A stretch of 62,474 bases of DNA, the filler included, from Chiloscyllium plagiosum (taxonomy: Eukaryota), in NCBI RefSeq assembly GCF_004010195.1. It is 4 parts of one record of this genome, joined end to end, with 100 filler letters (N's around TTAATTAATTAA, not from the genome) between each part and the next. Parts side by side here need not be neighbours in the genome. Positions count along the whole stretch, not along the records: positions 24,359 to 44,137 come from NC_057711.1; positions 44,238 to 58,116 come from NC_057711.1; 2 more parts are not named here. One strand, 5' to 3'. Numbering within the stretch: the first letter of the stretch is position 1; each line of letters begins with the position of its first letter. A program made the position numbers and the translations under genes. Below the pieces are notes generated by a model. That model saw nothing but the letters and a program-made list of their open reading frames with translations. It was not told the origin of the DNA and searched no databases. Shown here piece by piece: positions 38,480 through 51,437 of this stretch.

Positions 38480-38850
38480 GTAGCTGTGTTGCAGTAGAAA
38501 ACCTGCCTGCCAGAATGCTGGTCCCTAACCTATTACGGTGCAAACCGTCTCTCTTGTAGAATTTATGCTTACCACAAAATATACCCCAGAGATCCAAGAA
38601 CTTAAATCCTTGCTTCCTGCACCAGTTCCTGCAGTAGAAAACCTGCCTGCCAGAATGCTGGTCCCTAACCTATTACGGTGCAAACCGTCTCTCTTGTAGA
38701 ATTTATGCTTACCACAAAATATACCCCAGAGATCCAAGAACTTAAATCCTTGCTTCCTGCACCAGTTCCCCGACCACACGTTCAAGTCCATTATCTCCCT
38801 GTTTCTGGCCACACCAGCCCGAGGAACTGGAAACAAACCGGTGAATAGAC
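38480..38850 (-). mobile_element. CR1 ORF1 esterase fragment with a perfect 140-bp tandem duplication
   Basis: PVPRA..ARNR.I..LN.W..NWCRKQGFKFLD.W..F......YKRDGLH.N..GT.ILAGRF. 38490-38629 is repeated at 38630-38769. Confidence 0.85.
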
Positions 38851-39475
38851 TCCAGAATAGACTGCTTCAAGTGAAGCAGAATTACCTCCACCAATTGGGG
38901 CTGTTGCAGCCAATTGGCCTACTCTACATTGGAGAAACTAAACACAGAACACCTCTGGTCCCTGTACAAGCCTGACCCTGACCTCTTGTCTGTCATTGGC
39001 ATGCTGCATACTCCAGCAAATCACAATGCAAACTGAGGAACAATATCTCATCTTCAGGTTAGGCACTTGACAATTTCTGGACTTTACACTGAATTCAACT
39101 CCTTAAGATTGTGAACTACATCTCATTCCTTCCCTTTCTTTCAGCTTTACTTGCTGCATTCTCTGTTACTATGTCCTCGGTCCCCTACCCACTGCACCCC
39201 CCACCCCCCCCCAACTCCAGTGGGACCATTTGATCTTTCCAGTTTGGCAGTTGGACACACTATTGTCCTGCCATTGTCACATTCCAATTACTTAATCTGT
39301 ACAATCAGCATCCTTTCTCCCCCAGCACTCCACACACCCACTGTTACGTAAATGTCGTCCCCTTCACACTAGCTGTGATGAGGAGTTACCTGGATTCGAA
39401 AAATTAGCGTGCTCCCTCCACAGAGCTGACTGACCCACTGTGATTTCCAGCAATGTTTGCATTCAGTACAGATTC

Positions 39476-40732
39476 CAGCAACCAAAGGAGTAGCCATGGG
39501 CAACCGCATGGGCCCCAGCTATGCCTGCCTCTTCGTAGGATATGTGGAACAGTCCATCTTCCGCAGCTACACTGGCACCACCCCCCACCTTTTCCTCTGT
39601 TATATCGATGACTGTATCGGCGCTGCCGCGTGCTCCCACGAGGAGGTTGAACAGTTCATCCACTTTACCAACACCTTCCACCCCGACCTCAAATTTACCT
39701 GGACAGTCTCCCCTTCCTCCCTCCCCTTCCTCGACCTTTCNNNNNNNNNNNNNNNNNNNNNNNNNNNNNNNNNNNNNNNNNNNNNNNNNNNNNNNNNNNN
39801 NNNNNNNNNNNNNNNNNNNNNNNNNNNNNNNNNNNNNNNNNNNNNNNNNNNNNNNNNNNNNNNNNNNNNNNNNNNNNNNNNNNNNNNNNNNNNNNNNNNN
39901 NNNNNNNNNNNNNNNNNNNNNNNNNNNNNNNNNNNNNNNNNNNNNNNNNNNNNNNNNNNNNNNNNNNNNNNNNNNNNNNNNNNNNNNNNNNNNNNNNNNN
40001 NNNNNNNNNNNNNNNNNNNNNNNNNNNNNNNNNNNNNNNNNNNNNNNNNNNNNNNNNNNNNNNNNNNNNNNNNNNNNNNNNNNNNNNNNNNNNNNNNNNN
40101 NNNNNNNNNNNNNNNNNNNNNNNNNNNNNNNNNNNNNNNNNNNNNNNNNNNNNNNNNNNNNNNNNNNNNNNNNNNNNNNNNNNNNNNNNNNNNNNNNNNN
40201 NNNNNNNNNNNNNNNNNNNNNNNNNNNNNNNNNNNNNNNNNNNNNNNNNNNNNNNNNNNNNNNNNNNNNNNNNNNNNNNNNNNNNNNNNNNNNNNNNNNN
40301 NNNNNNNNNNNNNNNNNNNNNNNNNNNNNNNNNNNNNNNNNNNNNNNNNNNNNNNNNNNNNNNNNNNNNNNNNNNNNNNNNNNNNNNNNNNNNNNNNNNN
40401 NNNNNNNNNNNNNNNNNNNNNNNNNNNNNNNNNNNNNNNNNNNNNNNNNNNNNNNNNNNNNNNNNNNNNNNNNNNNNNNNNNNNNNNNNNNNNNNNNNNN
40501 NNNNNNNNNNNNNNNNNCCCCCTCTCCGGCCTATCACCCTCACCTTAACCTCCTTCCACCTATTTCATTTCCAATGCCCCTTCCCCAAGTCCCTCCTCCC
40601 TACCTTTTATCTTAGCCTGCTTGGCACAGTCTCCTCATTCCTGAAGAACGGCTCATGCCTGAAACGTCGATTCTCCTACTCCTTGGAAGCTGCCTGACCT
40701 GCTGCGCTTTTCCAGAAACACATTTTCAGCTC
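39476..40732 (+). mobile_element. Young Penelope-like element: RT core, gap, terminal repeat with hammerhead
   Basis: KGVAMGNRMGPSYACLFVG..YIDDCIG..FHPDLKFTW..LPFLDL (PLE-type RT). After the gap, ctgaagaacggctcatgcctgaaacgtc at 40641-40668. Confidence 0.88.
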
Positions 40733-40799
40733 TACTGTAACTTGATCCTACATTGTATTCAATTGACTGCCACATCTCTTTGAGGAATGCTTACCCTGA

Positions 40800-42950
40800 G
40801 CAAGTTTCGCTCTTTCCTCCGATAGGAATTCCACTTATGTCTTTCACCCTGTACATCTTCATTGCTTTCCATTTCACTGATGGTGTTCGACAAGGTGTTT
40901 GCCAAACCTTGTTTTCACAGCCATATTTCCTTCCTCAGTGATTACCAACAACTCAGACTTACCAAACAAGGATCTCAACTCAAGATTCACCCTTTGTGTT
41001 TCGAATCCATCAGTGTATTTCCCAGATATACATTCCTCAGACTGCTATTCCTGCCACATCTTACGATCCATGGTCAGGTCCATGTGCTGTCATATTCCCA
41101 CATTTGATTCTACACTGCAGGAGCATCGATGTACTCACTCTCAAAACTGTTCCCAATTTCACTTCATCTTTGATCTCATCTGTCATCTCAAAATACTTTT
41201 TTCTCTTTCTTTCAGGCATCAAGGTGTACAAGCTTCAGCAACATAATGACTTGAAAATTCCTTCCTGTGCTACCATCCCCTTTACAGCTCTCAGACCCCT
41301 TGCCCTCCCATCATGCAGAGCCGATCCCTTATTATCCCTTAGCACCCACCCTTTCCCAGCTCTCAGATGCTATCCTTTTCTGTCCCCTTGAGGTCACACT
41401 CACCTCGCACCAGCCCTTGCCATGTTTTCACGATACCTCCTGACCTTCCCCCCCCTCTGAGGCTGAACATACGTTCTTTGGCAAAGGACTCAGCTTCATT
41501 CCCATATGTCCCACCTTAATGAATTTTATCTGCTGCCTCCATCTCTGTGCTCACTTCTTCAGGCAGGAATCCCCTCCTTGTCCCACTGATCCCGTCACAC
41601 GCCTCCAGCATTCACCCTCCACTTGGACGCCCTTCCTCTGACTCTTTACCTGCCCACAGTTTTTTCATTGAAAACTGTCAGTGTGACTTCAGCAGTGACA
41701 ATTTCTCTGCTCCTCTCACCCACTCTAACCTGGCCCCTTCTGAAATTGCCAAAACGTGTGGAGCAGGAAAAGCACAGCAGGTTAGGTAGCATCTGAGGAG
41801 CAGGAGTGTCAACATTTCAGGCATAAGCCCTTCATCAGGAATTTTGGGGGTGTGGGGGGTGGAGGCCAGGGTGGCTGAGAGATAAATGGAAGAGGGTTGA
41901 GGCTGGGGGCAAAGGTACCTTGGAAGGCAATAGGTTGATGAAGGTAGGGAGTGATGCTGTTAGGTTGGAGCGGAATGTGAAGTGGATAGATGGCCCAAGA
42001 CTCGCATGTCCTTGGCAGTGTGCATGCCCCATGTTCTCGCTTTTCATCCCACAAGACTTCGCATTCAAAAGATCATTCTTCAAAATTTCAGACAACTCCA
42101 GCAGAATGCCATCAACAAATACATCCTTACCTCACTTTCCCAGCATTTTGCAGAGACTGTTCCCAGGTGCATTCCTTGATGACTACCAACACCAGCAACC
42201 CCTTCCCACGGCAACTTCCCCTTTTACCGCAGAAGGTGCAACACCTGTCCCTTTACCAGTTTCCTGCTCACGATCACGATCCAGGGGATCAAACAGTCTT
42301 TCCAGATGAAGCAGCATTTCACCTGTACATCCTCCAACTTGGTCAACAGCACTCGCTGCACCCAATGTGATTTACTTTACATTAGGGAAACCAAATGCAG
42401 ACTGTGTGACAGCTTTGCAGAGCACCTCTGGTATGTATGTAATCAAACCTCTGACCTTCCTGGAGCCAGTCATTTTTACAAAGCAGCCTGATCCCAGGCC
42501 CACTTGTCTGTCCTCAGCAAACTTCAGTGCTCCAACAAATCACAGGACAAATTGGAGGAACAACATCTCATCTGCAGGATTTACAATGTTCTGAACCTAA
42601 TATTGAGTAAAAAACCTGAAGATGGTGAACTCACTTCCATTTTTCCTTTTTCTTTCAGCTTTCCTTGTGCCATTCTCTGTCATCATGTCCTTTTCCTCTC
42701 CCACCCCAAGTTCATCTATTCTCTCCAGTTTGGCAATTGTTCACAACATTGTTCTGTCGTTCTCAAATTCAGATCAAGTTATCTGCACTATTAACACCCT
42801 TCCCCACACACACTAAGTGCTGTCCCTTCCACACTTCATGCCAGCTCTGATAAAAAGAATTTTCTAGAAGTGAAACATTAGCTTGCTCTCTCTCCATGGA
42901 TGCTGCCCAACCAACATTTATTGGTCCAGTATTTCAGCTTGACAGCAGTC
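40800..42950 (+). mobile_element. Old Penelope-like element ORF remnant (N-terminal part, GIY-YIG end), with a nested inverted PLE repeat at about 41755-41960
   Basis: FHSHISFLSD..LRLT, SEAE..S.GKGLSFIP....LNEF and FTCTSSNLVN.TRCTQCDLLYIRETKCRL.D.FAEH. Confidence 0.75.
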
Positions 42951-43064
42951 TTTCACTTTGAATGCTGAATTTAGGTTTGATCCTCATGATGTTTTCACTT
43001 ATCATTTAGATTTGATTGTCTTTCAACTTTGTCACTTTAAAGGAATAATCCCATTTTCATCCCT

Positions 43065-43705
43065 GACATGCTTGATGAAATATACACCACCACAAAAAAT
43101 CTCGGGAAGGAATACTCTGAGTCCTTGTTCATCGTAACCATTGACCACAACCAGGCCAACCTCAAGAGTGTGCTATCAAGATACAATCAACACATCTCCT
43201 GTCCCACCAGAGGCCCAAACACCCTTGACCATTTTTGCGTAACAGCCAAAGGCAGGTACCATTCCATCTCCCACCCACAATTTGGTAAATCAGATCATAA
43301 GGCTATGCTCCTTCTCCCGGCTTACAAGCAGAATCCAAAGTGTGAACATCAACTCCAACTTCCCAGATTGCCTTGATCAACAACTGTTTGCCGACCATCA
43401 CATTAGGTTCAGCATCTCCCTGGTTCTACACTCATTCCAGGAACATCTTAGATAACAAAGACATCTACATCAGATCCCTACTCATTGACTTGAGCTCTGT
43501 TGTCAACACCATAATTCTAATCAGCTCATCTCCAAACTCTGAAGTCTAGGATTCTGCTCCCCACTCTGCAACTGGATCCTTGACTTCCTGACCTGCAGAC
43601 CGCAATCACTAAGGATAGGCAACCGCACGTCCTCAATAATAATCCGCAACACTAGTACCCTGCAAAACTGCACAATCAACCCCTTCCTGTATTCCTTATA
43701 CATTG
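43065..43705 (+). mobile_element. Rex1/Babar-like LINE fragment
   Basis: Endonuclease LFIV..D.NQANLKSVL..Y.QHISCPTRGPNTLDH..HP.FGKSDH, then RT-like LCNWILDFLT.RPQS..IG. Confidence 0.7.
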
Positions 43706-44137
43706 ACAATTATCTTCAAAGTTTGGGTAAAGATTTGTAGCGCGGGTGCTCGTTGTTGTGGTTCTGTTCGCCGAGCTGGAAATTTTTATTGCAAATGTTT
43801 CGTCCCCTGTCCAGGTGACATCCTCAGTGCTTGGGAGCCTCCTGTGAAGCGCTTCTGTGGTGTTTCCTCTGGCATTTATAGTGGCCTGTCCCTGCCGCTT
43901 CCGGTTGTCAGTTTCAGCGGTCCGCTGTAGTGGCCGGTATATTGGGTCCAGGTCGATGTGTTTGTTGATGGAGTTTGTGGATGAGTGCCATGCTTCTAGG
44001 AATCCCCTGGCTGTTCTTTGTTTGGCTTGCACTATAATGGTAGTGTTGTCCCAGTCAAATTCATGTTGCTTCTCGTCTGCGTGTGTGGCTACTAGGGATA
44101 GCTGGTCATGTCGTTTCGTGGCTAGTTGGTGTTCGTG
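43705..44137 (-). mobile_element. Second Penelope family (different from the dominant one), 3' end with hammerhead
   Basis: HEHQLATKRHDQLSLVATHADEKQHEFDWDNTTI.VQAKQRTAR.FLEAWHS..SINKHIDLDPIY (GIY-YIG C-terminus), followed by a hammerhead. Confidence 0.85.
43794..43827 (-). ncRNA. Hammerhead ribozyme motif of the second Penelope family
   Basis: Minus strand gca-CTGAGGA-t-gtcacc-tggaca-ggggac-GAAAC-att-tgc: core, longer stem II and gca/tgc stem I. The ACGT palindrome has decayed to ACAT. Confidence 0.7.
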
Positions 44138-44237
44138 NNNNNNNNNNNNNNNNNNNNNNNNNNNNNNNNNNNNNNNNNNNNTTAATTAATTAANNNNNNN
44201 NNNNNNNNNNNNNNNNNNNNNNNNNNNNNNNNNNNNN

Positions 44238-45230
44238 GTCAGTACTCTATATCACCAATTGGGGGGTGCCACCTCAGATGAGTCTGATCGACTCTACAAG
44301 ATGTGGGAAAGAGAGCTGGGTGTTGAAGTTTCTTCAGGGGCATGGGAGGATATTTGGGAGAATGCAAGGAAGATATCAATTTGTAATAGGACCATGCTTT
44401 ACAGTTGAAGATTCTCCACAGGGTCCACTTAGCCCCAGACCGTTTGTCAAAATTTAAACCAGGGGTATCTTCAGCATGTCCCAAGTGCAAGGTCTGTACG
44501 GTACTCTTACCCATTGTCTTTGGTCTTGTGACAGGCTTCAAACGTATTGGAGCGCTGTGGTGGGTACAATGGAGAGGATTTTAGGTGTAGGGGTGGCGAA
44601 GGACCCTATTTCGCTCCTTTTGGGCCTACCCATTGTATTTCCTGCAGACTCGCATAAGGAAAAACTTTTCAATATTCTTACATTCTGTGCAAGGAAGAAT
44701 ATCTTGCTAGGTTGGATATCAGAAACCCCCCCAGGCCTGTCGGGTTGGCGGAAGATTGCTATGGAGCATATTCCCCTGGATTTTCTCACAAATATGGTAC
44801 ACCGCAAAACTGAGAATTTTTACAAGACATGGCAACCCTTTTTGAAATACCTGGACACAGATTTATCTGCCACACTAACAAGGGCTTTTATATAGCCGTA
44901 ATGGTTGTGTTTCATGAGTCCAATATCCAGGGAGGAGGAACTGAGAATGTATGAGTGTTTTGTTTGGCTGGGCTGAGTTATTACTATTTATTTGTTTGTT
45001 GTTAGATATTTATTTAGTTAGTTAAATAGCTAGTTTAGGTGTTTTTTTTAATTTTATACTTCTCTATATATGTTTATACATTCGTATAGGAGGATGGGTT
45101 GGGGAAATTTTTTATTATTTGGGTTTAGTTGTGCACTATTTTTGTACTGTTTTGAATTGCATTGTTTTGTATTTGTTGTAATATTTAAAAATCTATTTTT
45201 TCTTAATAAAAATATATTATAAAAAAAAAC
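44238..45230 (+). mobile_element. L1 3' end (ORF2 C-terminus, 3'UTR, polyA)
   Basis: LQLKILHRVHLAP.RL.KF.PGVSSACPKCKVCTGTLTHCLWSC...FYKTWQPFLKYL, T-rich UTR, then aataaa and an A-tail at about 45205-45229. Confidence 0.88.
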
Positions 45231-47709
45231 ATCTATAGCAGCCCACATCTGTTCAGAGATTTGTTCAGATCCAGCATTGGAATGTTACATAATCTCAAGT
45301 ATGGTGGGGGAGATGCATCAGTCTGGAGCAGAGCAAAATCACCCTTGGTCATGAGAGACTGTGTCTAAGAGAAAGAAGGATAACTGGCTCCAGGTATTTT
45401 AAGATATTTGCATTATTACCCCATTTCAAGCCCCCTCCTATCTCCATTCCAACCTCTATATCATATTTCAGGACAACTCTGGTCAGTGATATTAAGACTT
45501 AATGACATGAACCATCCCTGGTTAACAAAGGTGATTGAGGAAAGCATCCAATCAAAAAATACGGCAAAGCAGGGAAAACTAGTGTTGGGCCAGAGAATAA
45601 TGAATGTTTTTTAGTAACCGCATCAGATGATTAAAAAAAAACTAATAAAGAAGGAGAAAATTTCTGAGTTGTCAAGAAATATAAGAACAAGCAGCAAGAG
45701 TTTCTACAGGTATATAAAACAAATAGCTAAAGTATGGGACCCTTAAAGAATACAACGAGGGAATTAATAATGAGGAACAAAGAAGTGGCAGATAATTTAG
45801 GCCAATATTTTGCATTGGTCTTCACAGTGGAGGAGACAGATGAGTGGTTTATAGGGGAACTTGCAGGTTGTGATTTTCCCATATATCTCTTGCCCTTGCC
45901 CTTATAGGCTGCATAGGTCATGGCATTGGAAGGTGACGTTGAAGGATTCATGGTGAGTCGTTGCAGAGCATCTTCTTGATGGCACACGCTGCATCGGTGG
46001 TGAAGGGAGTAAATACTGAAATGCTTTGGTGAATGACCTAACAAATTTTGGTCATTGCAAATCAATATAACAAGGTATATTTTTTTCAATTTATCTGATT
46101 TCAGGCCATTCTACAAATTTTGTTGTGACTGTGCTACTGCCATCAAAAAGGGACAGCGACTATTGGATCTCGAAAGGAGCAGCTTTGCTTTGCCAGCTGA
46201 GTGATTAAATCTGGTACATCTGTACAGGCCAGGTCATTTGTTTAGGAATTTATTTCTGTGTAAGTAATTCTGAAAATGGCTTTCCAAGGAGAGGAAGGGC
46301 TGGAACCTTTGACATAGTGCTTTGAACTACATCATTATTTTGGATAGACTTTTGTATACTATTCAGCTCTTATTTTATTTTATTCTCCTGTGGCAAATGT
46401 AGTTACTTGAGTTTTTATATTTAACTGTTTTAATTTCTTTTTAAATTTCTTTTTAAAATCACTTTTAATTTGCTATATGTATCAGTACAATTTCCTTAAA
46501 TGCATTTTGCTTTGCTTAGGTAAAATATTGTGATAATCTGATTGTGGTCATAGTAATGAAATTTCAATAAATAATCAAACAAATGATTTTTGTGAAGCGG
46601 TTTTATTTTAAATATCAAATTAAGCATTCAGATTTTCTTCTCATTTAGAATTAACTACTATGATGATACTACGTTTTTAAGAGGTGTATTTGGTCCTTTT
46701 TTTTTTAAGAGTGTTTTTGAGCCATAGGTAGTGAGCTGTCTCCTCTGGGCCTATAAAGCTTGTGACTCCTTGGGTTATTTTTTTCAAAAGTTAGAACTAT
46801 AGCAGCAGTATAAATGCATGGAGACAGGCCTCTACAGAGCCAAGTTTTTAGTTTAGCTTTCAGTGGTCGTTGGGATTGTGAAGTTGACTATGGAAGCTGT
46901 TGCATTTCTCTCGGCAACTGCTGAAGAGCGTGGATTCTCTCTCTCTGCCAAAATTGCATATGAGACAATCTGTTTTACTGAATTTGCCTTTGTCAAGGGT
47001 ATGTTTATGGGATATTACTATATTGGAACGTTTGCTGTTCAGTCGTTGAAAAATCAATTATTCTGTTAAGTTTTCCAATCTTATTAAAACTATACCAACT
47101 CTTCTTTCTTTTGTTTGTATTTCAACTGTAGGGTAAGAATAAAATATTTTGCTTAAAAGCCAAATAATGTAAGCAATCAAATTACATCTAGAATACAGCA
47201 CCTTACATTTGCCTTTAAATAAGAAAAAAATTAGGGTCTTCTTGAAAGGTGTGGTCTGGTCCAAGATACTACAATTCTTCAAAAGAAAATCAGGGTGGAA
47301 CATTTGTGCGAGTCCTCCTTCAATCATTGGCTATTACGGTCTGATTTGGAGTAAATCCATTTGCACTGTTCACTAATTAGATTGTTTCATTGCGAACTGC
47401 CTCAAGTTACTTACCTCCTGGAGAGTTTTTGGTGAGATTTCCATGACTTGCAAGCTATTGCTCACAACTACAGAAAGCAAGTTACAAGGATTGATGCTCC
47501 TACAACTCGAAGAACAGACTGCTGCAACTGAGAATCCTCTATATAATTTATTCTTCTTTAATTGTGGTGAGCAGTATAAATGGCAAATAAGAATGGAAAT
47601 CAGTCTTTAATGTGTGGCTTCTAGAGGCAGAGATGAGAATAGAAAATGCTGGAGACACTCAGCAAGGAATGATAGTATCTGTAGAGTGTGAAATAGAAGT
47701 CATCGGCAG

Positions 47710-48400
47710 AATCTTCTGCACTTAGTCCCTGATGTAATGGCGGAATGATCTGTGGGTCAGAAACTAATTGGGAAACTCCGTACAGGTTCTTTCCCTGAGT
47801 GACAGCATTAACATCCCACCACTGAGTTCCTCAATCAGCTAGGGAGTTCAGGTGGATTGGTGCATTGAATCTGCTAAATTAAAAGAACTATTGTGTGGAT
47901 TACCAGTGCTCAGATTTTTGAGGTTTTTGTAGTCGGAGGACTGTAGGGAAGAGATTGGGAGGCTGCTGCCTCTATCTCCCACTTATGCCTGGAGGTCCTG
48001 CTATTGCAAATATGGGAAGGAAGTTCTTCCAAGGAGAAGCATCTCTCCAAATCAGCAGTCATCGATGAAATCGAAGAAGGAAGCCAACAGCTGGAGTCAG
48101 TGCACAAGGAGCAACCAAACAAATAGCAGGCATGGCAGATGAGTGAAATAACATTTGCAGCTACACTCTTACCCTTAATATCACTGTATTCTCCTACACA
48201 GCACTCCTCAGGAAATCTTGTCTTGCGACTTCACTCAACCCCCTCTCCGTAGGCCGCCCCACATTCCTGCTTGAGCAACCAATGTACTTTCCCACATCTT
48301 ATTGTCCACTTGTACTCATGTCTCACAGTTGTCCTCCAGATGTGTCACCTTTCTCTTTGCTCCTACAAGAGCTTATTTTCAATTGCTGATGGTCTCATGA
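47710..48400 (+). mobile_element. Probable Harbinger relic (Myb/SANT-like second ORF region)
   Basis: The start resembles the 25600/29160 termini (acagcattaacatccc). The LEVLL...EVL segment resembles Harbinger Myb-like ORF starts. Confidence 0.35.
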
Positions 48401-49394
48401 TCACTGCTTCTTAAGCTAGATTTTAGTTCCAGACTTTATGAATTGAATTTAAGTTCTACTAGCTGCCACAGGATCTGAATCCACATCCAAAAGCGTTAAC
48501 TCTGGGCATTCAGATTACTAATCTGGTGACAATATGACTATGCCATGCCTCTCCTTTGAAGAAGTTATTCATCATCTGTCAACTAGTGATTGCATTCTAA
48601 CAGATGAAGTGCTCTTGAATAGCAGCCTCTCACCTTGTTTGTAATGATCGAAGTCTTCCCAGCTTGTCAGTTTCATGAAAGAATCCCCTCCTATTCTGCA
48701 TCCGCTTTGGAGACTGATGGATTTCTGACGAGTCAAATAATAGTTGCCTTGGCTTGGAAATGCAGAACTGAGAGCTAATACTGTCCTTGTGCTTCTTAAC
48801 TACTTTCCTTCCCCAAGTGATCCGAGGGAGCTCCCTGCTTGCCTACAATCCTCCCTCCCCACCCCAGTAGAATTACAGAAGAGGACAAGTGATTTTGGGA
48901 TTCCAACCTGACATCGATTTCAGAGGATTTTACTCCCCACACACAGATATTCCTGATTCCCCTTAAAAGCCCATAAGATAAAGGAGCATAATTAGGCCAT
49001 TCAGCTCATTGAGTCTGCTCTACCATTGGATCATGATACAAAAAAACTGCAGATACTGGAATCCAAAATAGACAGGCAGGAGGCTGGATCAACACAGCAA
49101 GCCAGGCAGCATAAGGAGATGGAGAAGGGTCCTGAAGAAGGTTACACCCGAAAGATTCATTCTCCTGCCTTCTCCTCTTGATCGTTGATTCTCTGTCAAT
49201 GACTTTGCCACCAAAGAATGTCAAGGCCATGAGTTCCACAGAATCACCTCCTTGCCTGGAGAATTTTCATCAATTTTCAGATCAATGAACTTTTGTGCTT
49301 ATTTAGGTGTAAATAATAAACCTGAAGGTCAAGCCTTAATGCTAATTAAAACCTTCCTCAAAAAGCTATGTTTGAATTAATCTTATAATAAAAT

Positions 49395-49956
49395 ATCCTT
49401 TATTGTCATATGTACTCCATTGTAGAAGTACAGTGAAAAGCTTTTCTATTGTCAGCCTCTTATGGCACCATCTTACATACAAATGCCTGGTGCAAATCTT
49501 GGATACAAAAGAGGAATAAAAATAGTTGCATTACTTTACAGAGTTTAAAAAATGTGAGAAGTAAGACATTGTTAAAGGATTTTGATGTTACAGTCAGGCA
49601 AAATAATTTCAAATAAACATTACATTGTAGCAGCTCAGGGTCTCTGCATATTGTCTGCCTGCCTGTGCCAGATCCCAGTCCCAACAGCTGTCCCCACTTC
49701 ACTCCTAGCCTCTAGTTTGCTCCCGTACCAGCACTCAACTGCTCCAAGGTAAGTTACAGGACTGCCTTCCAGTCTCTGCCTGGGACCTGCTGCCAGAATG
49801 CTGCTCGAGAACTCCCTGCCCTCCCTGCTCCTGGACTCACTAACCACGCCTGCCGCTGCTCCAGGATTCTCCTCTGGAGCTAGAGTGAGAGGAAAGAAAA
49901 AGAACAAGTGCAACAGAGGAGCTCCGGCAGAAACATCTTACTCTACTGCCATCTTG
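49395..49956 (-). mobile_element. Non-autonomous element with a caagatggc 5' motif and a LINE-like cttttcactgtac...tgacaataaa tail
   Basis: The tail is shared with 12660-12888 (+) and 28935-29100 (+); the body is GC-rich and repetitive. Confidence 0.55.
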
Positions 49957-50259
49957 CCTCAACAATATTACACTAGTATTGCTGCACAGCTAGTGGTTGA
50001 TCCTAGCAGTAGCAATTTATTATAAATAAGTTAGTTCTAGCAGCCCCAAGATCTAGAGTAAGCACCCCAAATAGTCATTAAATCTGGAAGGGTGAACTGG
50101 CATTATAAAATATGCTCCACGTATCAGCATATAAAAAACTGTTCCTGAGAGGAGCTAACCAGAGTTATAGACATTTGCCAGTTGTGTAGTGTGTAGTTCC
50201 CAAGTTGTTAACAACATTGACGTAGTAGTCGTAAGTAATTTGGGGGTTGATTAGCTCAG

Positions 50260-50470
50260 TTGGCTGGATGGTTGCTTTACAATGCAGAGTGATACCAAAA
50301 GCATGGGTTAAATTCACACACATGCTGACTTACGATGAGGGATTCTCCTTCTCGATCTCTCTGCTCACCTGAGGCACGGTGACCCTCAGGTTAAATCATG
50401 GCCTGAGGTGTCTCTTTTTAATGACAGAGCAACCCAATCGTTTAGGAAGACTATGGCAACTTTACCTTTA
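50260..50470 (+). mobile_element. tRNA-derived SINE (second family)
   Basis: gattagctcagttggctgg (A box)...gggttaaattc (B box-like), with a short-repeat tail actttacctttacctt. Confidence 0.6.
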
Positions 50471-51265
50471 CCTTAAGTTGCATTTGATATTTGAAAGAAG
50501 ACAATCATGTATCCTAGATGTAAAGCAACTAGCTATTAATTACCAAGTAGTAATAAACCAAGACTGTTTAATCAAGACCTGGGCTACCTTCTATCGATTA
50601 CATCATGTGAATATCCTTCCCCACTTGGTACCAGTGGATCAATGAATCCCAATAAAAAATGAATCTATCCTTAATAAGTTGACAGTGTATGCAGCTGACA
50701 TTATAAGATGTCTCACTGCTAGAGATGGCTGGTCATCCTAGCTGAATGTTCATCCAGCCCAAAGAGCCTAGTGGCTTGCATTGGATTTTTCTCAACCTCT
50801 GGTTCAGCCCACAGCCAGAAAATTAAAACTGCAGACAAGGCTACTCAGTTTGATTTGACTGGATTTGCCAGTACTGTGAACTCCATCAGCAACATAAAGG
50901 AGGCAAGAATTCTGTATGTCCATGAGCCTTGGTGCATTGCAGAACCTCTCCATTTGGTACAATTATTAAATAACCTATCAATAATGACAACAAAATTATA
51001 TCTTCTTCCTTATTCATGGGACATCTCACATCAAATTCTATAAAATCCTAGCAGGTTTTCTTTTTCCTAGGTGTCTTTGCAAACAGTGCCCAGTTTCACT
51101 CATAGGCATAATAAGAGAATTTCCTCTGAAGTAGTGTACAATGGAAAAAGGGGGGAAAAGATTCAGAAATAAGAACTGTAGTTAACTCTACTCATGCCAA
51201 AGTTAATTTTGCCTCCTTGTGTCCCAGGTATAATCTCTACTGTCTGTTCCTTGACCCACCTAATA

Positions 51266-51437
51266 TATGGGTCCGGAAAATTGACATTTCGGGCAAAACC
51301 CTTCATCATTCCTGATGAAGGGCTTTTGCCTGAAACATCGATTTTCCTGCTCCTCAGATGCTGCCTGACCTGCTATGCTTTTCCAGCACCACTCTAATCT
51401 AGACTCTGATTTCCAGCATCTGCAGTCCTCACTTTTG
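51266..51437. mobile_element. Short Penelope insert with an inverted hammerhead pair
   Basis: TSD ccacctaata (51256-51265 / 51438-51447). Inverted arms ggaaaattgacatttcgggcaaaacccttcatca and tgatgaagggcttttgcctgaaacatcgattttcc. Confidence 0.85.

Noticed and set aside
38490..38769. Perfect 140-bp tandem repeat as a possible functional array
   Set aside because: Only two identical units inside a dead CR1 ORF1; a recent duplication or an assembly artefact.
39457..40615. Longest ORFs in the track (282-363 aa)
   Set aside because: They consist mostly of N gap; only the Penelope RT portion is real.
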